Source of the DNA: Sedimentisphaeraceae bacterium JB056
GTDB lineage: Bacteria > Planctomycetota > Phycisphaerae > Sedimentisphaerales > Sedimentisphaeraceae
Length of the DNA: 64,000 nt
Direction of reading: 5' to 3'
NCBI GenBank assembly: GCA_044440125.1
Contig: JBITAJ010000015.1
Location: 128,001 to 192,000 of the forward strand
The position numbers and the translations under genes are program-made. Below, in pieces: positions 57,332 to 64,000 of this stretch. Under the pieces are notes generated by a model. That model had not been told where the DNA came from, did not search any database, and saw only the letters and a program-made list of their open reading frames with translations. The stretch's first letter is position 1, and each line of letters opens with the position of its first letter.

Positions 57332-60300
57332 ATGGGAACTAATCAACTATGGAAGAAAGTCTTAATAGCGGTTATGGTATTAATCGCGGTTATGGCACTG
57401 TTTCCGCTTGACAAAAAACTGAAACCCGGTCTTGACTTAGCCGGTGGTACGAGTCTTATTTACGGTATTGATACCGAAGGTATGGAGCCCAAAGAGATTA
57501 AGGGAATTGCATCTCGAATGGTCCCTATTTTGATGAGACGTATTGATCCTACCGGTGTAACAAACATTGTTATAAGACCTCAGGGTGATACACGAATCGA
57601 GATTCAGCTTCCTTTGGCCAGTAAAGATACGCGTCAGAAACGTGAAGATTATCAGGCCGCTTTTGATGCACTCGAATCAGGCAATATAAATCTTGCTACT
57701 GTTATCAAGGCTCTTTCTCTTGAGCCTGATGCAAGAGCAGAGGCTTTTGAAGGGTTTGCTAATAACGATGAGCAGCGTACTATACTCAGCGATCTTGCGG
57801 CAGCATTTGATGCACGTAAGGAAGCCAGAGAACAGCGTGATGAGTACCAGGCTCAGATGGATGAATTGATTAATAAGCTTTCAGAGCTCAAGGTAAACTC
57901 ACGTTCACTTGAATATCAAGTTAAGCGTTGGGCTGATATGAGTGCTTCAGAGCTTGATAAAGCCCTGACTGATTATGTTAAGGCCGGTAGTGAAGAAGCT
58001 GAACTTGATGCAGAACAGAAGACCAAGAAGGATCTTCTCAAGCAATACGTAGCGGCTTACGGACAGTGGGCTGAGACTATCAACAAGCTTGCTGACAGTC
58101 TGAACTCAACTTATGATGATGCTCTTGCCAAGATAAATGAACTCAATATCAATGTAAGTACTCTTGCAGAGATGATGGAAACAGGCAGGAGAAATGAGTA
58201 TATAGAAAGTGTTAAAGCAAACTTCCCTGACAGGGCAGAAAAGGTTGATGCCTTTGTAGCTGCTTATGAAAACTACTCAGATGTTCGCGGTCGTCTTGAT
58301 GACCCTGAGGATCTCAAGAGAATGTTAAAGGGTGCGGGTGTACTTGAATTCCGTATTCTTCCTACTGTTGCCAGTGGTGGCATAAGTTCAGATCTTGCAA
58401 ATTCTTACGTTGCAGACTTGTCAGCCAGAGGACCTAAGCTTTCTTCAGACGCAACATATAAATGGTGCGAGATTGAAGATCCCCAAGCATTCGGTGCAGG
58501 TTCTGCCATAACAGGTATGTTTGCTGAGAAGTATTATGTACTTACAAGCAACAAGCCTGCCGATACAATGCTGCATAATCAGGGCGGCAAGCAGTGGAAG
58601 CTTACCAAGGCTTCTCCGACATCAGATAATGTCGGCAGAAGAGCTATCAGTTTCCAGATGAACGAAATCGGCGCCAAGATGTTCTTTGAACTGACCAACA
58701 GCAATATTGGCAACCCGCTTTGTATCCTTCTTGATAACAAAGCTATATCTGCTCCTAATGTCAATGATGCCATAAGGTCTAACGGTATCATAACCGGTAA
58801 ATACGGTGCGATTGAGCAGGATGACATGGTTAACAAGCTTAATGCCGGTTCACTTCCTGCACGTATAAGTGAAGCTCCAATATCAGAGAAGACAATCGGT
58901 GCTACAATTGGTGAAGACTATCGTGACAAGGGAATTAAAGCCGGAGTTATCGGTCTTATCATTGTTGCGGTATTCATGATATTCTACTATAGGCAGAGCG
59001 GTCTTATCGCTAATATTGCTCTTATATTGAACCTTCTTTTTATCCTTGCGATAATGGCATTCAGCGGTGCTACATTCACTCTTCCGGGTATTGCAGGTTT
59101 GATTCTTACGATAGGTATGGCGGTTGACGCTAACGTACTTATCTTTGAGCGTATCAGGGAAGAACAGGAAAGCGGATGCTCTTTGAAAATGGCAGTTGCT
59201 ACCGGTTACTCAAAGGCTTTCAGCACTATTTTTGATGCGAACCTTACAACTTTCATCACAGCAATGATTCTGTATAAAGTTGCATCTGAAGAGATTAAGG
59301 GTTTTGCTATCGTTCTTATGTTCGGTATCATTTCAAGTATGTTTACGGCCTTGTTTGTGACACGCGTTGTATTCGATTGGCTGATAGCCAAGAAGATCAT
59401 AAAGAATCAGCTTGGAATGTTCAAGCTGATAAACAGCGCTACATTTAACTGGATGGGAGCAAGGAAAGCGTTCTTTACTATATCATCTATCTTAATTGTA
59501 TGCGGAATGTTTATATTCTTCAGTCGTGACAACGACAAATATGATATTGAATTTACCGGCGGTACTTCTGTACAGATCAACTTCAAGGAGGGCGTTACAA
59601 TGGAACGCTCTGAGGTTGAGGCCGCTATTCATCAGGTTGGCGAGAAGTACAGCAGTTCTGGACTTATGGCAGCGAAGGTTTACAGTATCGGTGAAAGCGA
59701 CAGCAAGTATGAAATCAATACTACAGAGACTAACAAGAGCAGTATTGATGTTACATTTACTTCCGGTGGCGAGACTGCTGAAACAGTTAAGACCGCAGTA
59801 AGCGGAGCAGCATCGGATACTGTTAAGAATATCGCAGTTAAAGTTGGCCAAGCGGACAATACCTTCACTGTATCTACAAGTCAGCTTTCAAAATCTGCGA
59901 TGAAGAGTCTTATGGATAAGGCTCTCGAAGGAAAAGAGTATGTTCTTGGTCAGCCGAAGGTTGATGAAATCGTAAACGAAGCTGTTCTTGAGGCGTTTAG
60001 TGATGTACTGCAGAAGCAGGAAGACCTTGGTCTTACAATTACATCAACAGGTATGATTACTGATGATGTTGCCGATCAGGCAGCAGAGCTTGTTGAGTAT
60101 CTAAGCGGTCTCAAGATTGAGTGTAAGCTTACAAATGAAATCAAAGCTTCTCAGCTTAAAGAGCGTTTCAAGAGTCTTAGATTCAAACCTGATATGCAGG
60201 AAATGGCATGGTATAGATACGTGATACTGACAGAAGATTATCAGCCGCTTGCTGATGATGCTGTTGTTTCAGGTTTCACTTACATCAGCATGCATCCGGA

Positions 60301-60982
60301 TGCCGGTTATCGTGAACTTGATCAGAATGAACTTGATCGTTTTACAAATAATGAAGTCGCGAAGGTTAAAGCAGCCAGCTCTCTTGAGACATCGCTCCCA
60401 CGTGTAACGCAGGTTAATCCTTCTATCGGCAGCGAGTCACAGACGAAAGCTCTTATCGCTATAATCCTTTCTCTGTTTGCTATTATTGCTTACGTATGGG
60501 TTAGATTTGGCGATGTGGCGTTTGGTTTTGCGGCTATTGCGGCTCTTGTTCACGACGTTTGCATTACTCTTGGTCTTGTAGCAGTATGTACCTATATTGC
60601 CGGTACACCTATCGGTGATATGCTTGGTATCAGAGACTTTAAGATAAACCTTCAGATGATTGCGGCGTTCCTTACTATCATCGGTTATTCACTTAACGAT
60701 ACTATCGTTGTGTTCGACCGTATTCGTGAGAACAGGGGTAAGGACAGCAATATAACTGCTGCACTTATTACAAAGAGTATTAATCAGACATTGTCAAGAA
60801 CACTGCTTACATCATTCACTACTTTCGTTGTAGTGCTTGTAATGTATATTTGGGGTGGTATTGGACTTAGAGGTTTTACATTCGCGATGCTTGTTGGTAT
60901 CATAGTTGGTACTTACTCATCTATAGCGATTGCTTCTCCAATCCTTCTTATAGGCAGTGGAAAAAATAAAGAATCAAAGTAG
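57332..60982 (+). CDS. secDF: Fused protein translocase subunit SecDF with enlarged periplasmic domains
   Basis: GLDLAGG, RRIDP, LNAGSLP, GMAVDANVLIFERIREE, DIEFTGG, GYSLNDTIVVFDRIRE and GTYSS. Confidence 0.97.
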   Translation: MGTNQLWKKVLIAVMVLIAVMALFPLDKKLKPGLDLAGGTSLIYGIDTEGMEPKEIKGIASRMVPILMRRIDPTGVTNIVIRPQGDTRIEIQLPLASKDTRQKREDYQAAFDALESGNINLATVIKALSLEPDARAEAFEGFANNDEQRTILSDLAAAFDARKEAREQRDEYQAQMDELINKLSELKVNSRSLEYQVKRWADMSASELDKALTDYVKAGSEEAELDAEQKTKKDLLKQYVAAYGQWAETINKLADSLNSTYDDALAKINELNINVSTLAEMMETGRRNEYIESVKANFPDRAEKVDAFVAAYENYSDVRGRLDDPEDLKRMLKGAGVLEFRILPTVASGGISSDLANSYVADLSARGPKLSSDATYKWCEIEDPQAFGAGSAITGMFAEKYYVLTSNKPADTMLHNQGGKQWKLTKASPTSDNVGRRAISFQMNEIGAKMFFELTNSNIGNPLCILLDNKAISAPNVNDAIRSNGIITGKYGAIEQDDMVNKLNAGSLPARISEAPISEKTIGATIGEDYRDKGIKAGVIGLIIVAVFMIFYYRQSGLIANIALILNLLFILAIMAFSGATFTLPGIAGLILTIGMAVDANVLIFERIREEQESGCSLKMAVATGYSKAFSTIFDANLTTFITAMILYKVASEEIKGFAIVLMFGIISSMFTALFVTRVVFDWLIAKKIIKNQLGMFKLINSATFNWMGARKAFFTISSILIVCGMFIFFSRDNDKYDIEFTGGTSVQINFKEGVTMERSEVEAAIHQVGEKYSSSGLMAAKVYSIGESDSKYEINTTETNKSSIDVTFTSGGETAETVKTAVSGAASDTVKNIAVKVGQADNTFTVSTSQLSKSAMKSLMDKALEGKEYVLGQPKVDEIVNEAVLEAFSDVLQKQEDLGLTITSTGMITDDVADQAAELVEYLSGLKIECKLTNEIKASQLKERFKSLRFKPDMQEMAWYRYVILTEDYQPLADDAVVSGFTYISMHPDAGYRELDQNELDRFTNNEVAKVKAASSLETSLPRVTQVNPSIGSESQTKALIAIILSLFAIIAYVWVRFGDVAFGFAAIAALVHDVCITLGLVAVCTYIAGTPIGDMLGIRDFKINLQMIAAFLTIIGYSLNDTIVVFDRIRENRGKDSNITAALITKSINQTLSRTLLTSFTTFVVVLVMYIWGGIGLRGFTFAMLVGIIVGTYSSIAIASPILLIGSGKNKESK

Positions 60983-61070
60983 AACAAGGAGTTATCAGAT
61001 CGAATGCTAATGAAAATCAAATTCGTATCAATACATATAGCTATGACCTTTTGCATTGAAAGGGGAGTTG

Positions 61071-61580
61071 ATGCGTAAAGATTTTAAATTCGGTTTGATG
61101 GCAGGCTCATTTTTTGCCGCAGTATTTCTTGTTTTCTACTTGTTTACAGGTAAAAACAACAGCCCGGTTCAGGAAGATCCTGACCGGGCTGTTTCCCGTT
61201 TAGAGTCAGATTCCCAGACAGTTAATCAAACACAAAATATTTCACCAGTTGTACCTTTGAGGACACAGGAACACGGCTATTTGCCTGAAGGCCAGAGCGA
61301 TTTTATTGAAAGGCTTGAAAAACAGGCAAAAGAAACATCACGGCCGCAGATTGAGAATATTGAAACAGCAAAAACTGAAGTCAAAGTTGAAAGCAAACCA
61401 GTACAAAAGTCCAATGAGGTTCGCACCTACACTGTGGTTTCCGGTGACACACTTTCCGGTATCTCGAAGCGATTCTACGGAACAACATCAAAATGGCAGA
61501 AAATACTTGAAGCCAACCGCTCAACTTTGAAAAATCCGGCAGGTTTGAAGCCGGGTATGGAATTGATAATCCCTGAATGA
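61071..61580 (+). CDS. Membrane-anchored LysM peptidoglycan-binding protein
   Basis: N-terminal TM and C-terminal 'YTVVSGDTLSGISKRFYG...W.KI.EAN....P..L.PG.EL.IP'. Confidence 0.9.
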   Translation: MRKDFKFGLMAGSFFAAVFLVFYLFTGKNNSPVQEDPDRAVSRLESDSQTVNQTQNISPVVPLRTQEHGYLPEGQSDFIERLEKQAKETSRPQIENIETAKTEVKVESKPVQKSNEVRTYTVVSGDTLSGISKRFYGTTSKWQKILEANRSTLKNPAGLKPGMELIIPE

Positions 61581-61767
61581 CGATAATTTAACGATAATTA
61601 AGACTGATTGAGTATCAATTTAATTTATTTCAGTGTTATTGACGTCCATTGCACATGCAAAGCTTTGAAATTAAGCTTAAAACATGTATAATCCATCATG
61701 CTTACCCCAGAGATATCTGTTTTAACGGATATGAACTGATTTAGTATTTTATTTAGGTGGTTATAAG

Positions 61768-63879
61768 ATGACTTTGTATGGATTGCATATCGTTGATTTT
61801 ATTATTGTAGTGGTTTATCTGGGCGCAATGATGTGGATAGGTAAGCTGCTTGCCAAATCAATTCACGACCAGGGTGACTTTTATCTTGCGGGCAGAAAGC
61901 TCGGAAAAGCCTTTCAATTTTTCCTCAATTTCGGTCAGATGACCGACGGCAATGGGGCCGCGAGTATCGCGACTATCATATTCAAGCAGGGTGTCGGCGG
62001 CGTATGGCTGGCTATGCAGACACTTTTTATGACTCCTTACTACTGGTTTATGAACAAGTGGTTTCGCAGGGTGAGGCTCATCACGGTAGGTGATTTGTTT
62101 GAGGACAGGTTTGGCGGTCGTTCGCTGGCTGCGATGTTTGCGGGGTTCAACGTGTTCTTTGCACTTATGTTCATCGCACTTGGTTACATTGTCTCTTTCC
62201 GTACTATGGAGGCATTGATGGTTAAGCCTGAGACTGAATATACCGCCGAAGAAAAACAGATGGTCGATAATTACTTCGAATATGTCGAGCTTCAGACTCA
62301 GTACCAAAACGGTACCCTTGTTCCTTCAATGACTTCCAGATATGAAACCCTTAAGAATCTTTCAGAACAGAATGAGATCAAAAGCTACGTTTCATATGTC
62401 AAACCACTGAGTTTTTATGCTATATATGGCATTATAGTAGGTGCTTACGTTATACTTGGTGGTTTCGGGGCTGCGGTTGTAACAGATGCTATACAGGCGA
62501 TTTTGATCATTGTATTTTCGTTTATATTGATACCATTCGGACTCGTCAAGATAGGTGGTTTCAGTGGGCTTCATGAAAATGTTCCTGATTACATGTTCCG
62601 GCTTTTCGGTTCTCAGGCAGTGAGTGAATACACTTGGTATTCTTTCCTTGCGATTCTATTCGTGAGTATGGTTCAGATACATGCAATGTCGGGTAATATG
62701 GCTATAGCCGGTTCGGCTAAGAATGAGCTTGCCGCCAGAATGGGAGCGGTAACCGGTGGTTTTGGAAAGCGTTTCATGATCATTTGCTGGAGCCTTTGCG
62801 GTCTTATTGCGGTAGGTTTGCTTGGTGATAAGCTCAGCAATCCGGAGAATGCCTGGGGTGCTCTCACAAAAGAGCTGCTTGGCCCTGGTGCTATAGGGTT
62901 GATGCTTGCAGGTATTCTTGCGGCCAACATGTCTTCCCTCGATGCTTTCTCTGTGAATATGTCAGCATTGTTTGTAAGAAATCTTTACGCTCCTATTTAC
63001 CCGGGAAAGAGCGAGAAACACTATGTGATCGTTGGAAGGCTGGCAATCGCGTTCTTCCTTGTGGCCGGTATATTTCTGGCTATGCGTGTGCATGGTATTG
63101 TCAGTTTGCTTAAGTATATGCTTGTAATGAACGTGACTTTTGGAGCTCCTATTTACCTGCTGTTTGTTTGGCGAAGAATCACTAAAAAGGCTGTTATCTG
63201 GCAGGTTATCATTACTTTCATCGTGATAATACTGCTGCCGTTCGTGGGATCTTTTCTGCCTGCCATAAGCCAAAATCAGGCACTGGCGATACAGACCAAC
63301 GAGAAGGTCATAATGATCGAGGCAAGAGCGACTGCGGCGGATGTAGAGGAAGGTCTTGCACAAGAGACCGGCCAGCTTATTGAGAAGACGCGTGTTATCG
63401 AGCCGGTTGGAGCTTTCTTTGAGACAGTGACAAGAATTGATCCTGAAAACCCTGATTCAAAGATGAAGGGAAGCGGACTTTTCTATCCTGAGATATATTT
63501 CCTGAAATTGATTGGTGTTAATGTACGTGATTTCACGCCTCCTATGCTGCTTACGGCAAGATTTGTTTTTGACGGTGCTTTCCCATTCTTACTGCTGTTT
63601 ATATTCAGTTGGATGACCAAGCAGCGAGACAAAGAGATTGTCGATAAGTTTTATGCGAAGATGAAGACAAAGGTGCTTGATGATCCGGCTGAGGATGAGA
63701 AAGAACTGTTCAAAAACATGAACGATCCGGCTCTGGTCGAACATCACAAACTCTTACCGGGCAGTAATTGGGAATTTCTCAAATGGGATAAGGAAGATAC
63801 TGTCGGTTTCCTTCTAAGTTGTCTTGCTGTAGTTGTAATACTCGCTATATTCTTTATTGTATTGAACATAGGAAGTTAA
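61768..63879 (+). CDS. Sodium:solute symporter (SSS) family protein, paralog of 4366..6564
   Basis: GDFYLAGR, GGFGAAVVTDAIQ, ILAANMSS and VWRR; same insertions as 4366..6564. Confidence 0.9.
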   Translation: MTLYGLHIVDFIIVVVYLGAMMWIGKLLAKSIHDQGDFYLAGRKLGKAFQFFLNFGQMTDGNGAASIATIIFKQGVGGVWLAMQTLFMTPYYWFMNKWFRRVRLITVGDLFEDRFGGRSLAAMFAGFNVFFALMFIALGYIVSFRTMEALMVKPETEYTAEEKQMVDNYFEYVELQTQYQNGTLVPSMTSRYETLKNLSEQNEIKSYVSYVKPLSFYAIYGIIVGAYVILGGFGAAVVTDAIQAILIIVFSFILIPFGLVKIGGFSGLHENVPDYMFRLFGSQAVSEYTWYSFLAILFVSMVQIHAMSGNMAIAGSAKNELAARMGAVTGGFGKRFMIICWSLCGLIAVGLLGDKLSNPENAWGALTKELLGPGAIGLMLAGILAANMSSLDAFSVNMSALFVRNLYAPIYPGKSEKHYVIVGRLAIAFFLVAGIFLAMRVHGIVSLLKYMLVMNVTFGAPIYLLFVWRRITKKAVIWQVIITFIVIILLPFVGSFLPAISQNQALAIQTNEKVIMIEARATAADVEEGLAQETGQLIEKTRVIEPVGAFFETVTRIDPENPDSKMKGSGLFYPEIYFLKLIGVNVRDFTPPMLLTARFVFDGAFPFLLLFIFSWMTKQRDKEIVDKFYAKMKTKVLDDPAEDEKELFKNMNDPALVEHHKLLPGSNWEFLKWDKEDTVGFLLSCLAVVVILAIFFIVLNIGS

Positions 63880-63907
63880 TCTTGCTATAGTTATTAATAC
63901 TTACTTG

Positions 63908-63956
63908 ATGGCTTGGGCTTTTAATATATGTTTTTAGAAGCTCAAGCCATTTTTTT
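63908..63956 (+). terminator. Rho-independent terminator
   Basis: ATGGCTTGGGCTTTTA...TAGAAGCTCAAGCCAT followed by a T run. Confidence 0.8.
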
Positions 63957-64000
63957 GTGTATAGAGTAGAATTACTGTTAAATTTATTTAGAATCTTATC

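Noticed and set aside
1..64000. CRISPR arrays, tRNA/rRNA, IS elements, prophage, known riboswitches
   Set aside because: No regularly spaced repeats, cloverleaf/T-loop signatures, transposase/integrase ORFs or recognisable aptamer cores were seen by eye. An Rfam/tRNAscan run would be needed to exclude them formally.

Overview
A gene-dense, AT-leaning bacterial chromosomal window with about 40 supportable CDS. I found no rRNA, tRNA, CRISPR array, transposase or integrase. The gene content suggests an anaerobic, salt-adapted, Gram-negative saccharolytic fermenter, plausibly Planctomycetota/Phycisphaerae (inference only). Housekeeping genes: priA, dnaX, recR, comEC, panB, rsmE, waaA, yajC, secDF. 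Also present: a carbohydrate-use cluster (beta-helix protein, two esterases, SSS transporter); two divergent hybrid histidine kinases; an N-epsilon-acetyl-beta-lysine osmolyte operon (marR-ablA-SSS-ablB); adhE; an H2-sensing/H2-evolving [FeFe]-hydrogenase operon; two PEP-CTERM proteins; and pentose genes. The most interesting signals are non-coding. (1) The same 18-bp palindrome (TTGATA-N6-TATCAA, Rex-like geometry) lies upstream of both adhE and the hydrogenase operon 20 kb away. (2) A GC-rich 12-bp inverted repeat pairs the adhE 5' leader with its 3' trailer and overlaps the terminator arm. (3) An EctR/CosR-type operator and an internal terminator occur in the ablAB operon. (4) An A9 slippage tract in dnaX would yield a gamma subunit. 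(5) An unassigned three-hairpin RNA precedes dnaX. All calls were made by eye from motifs; no database search or folding computation was run.
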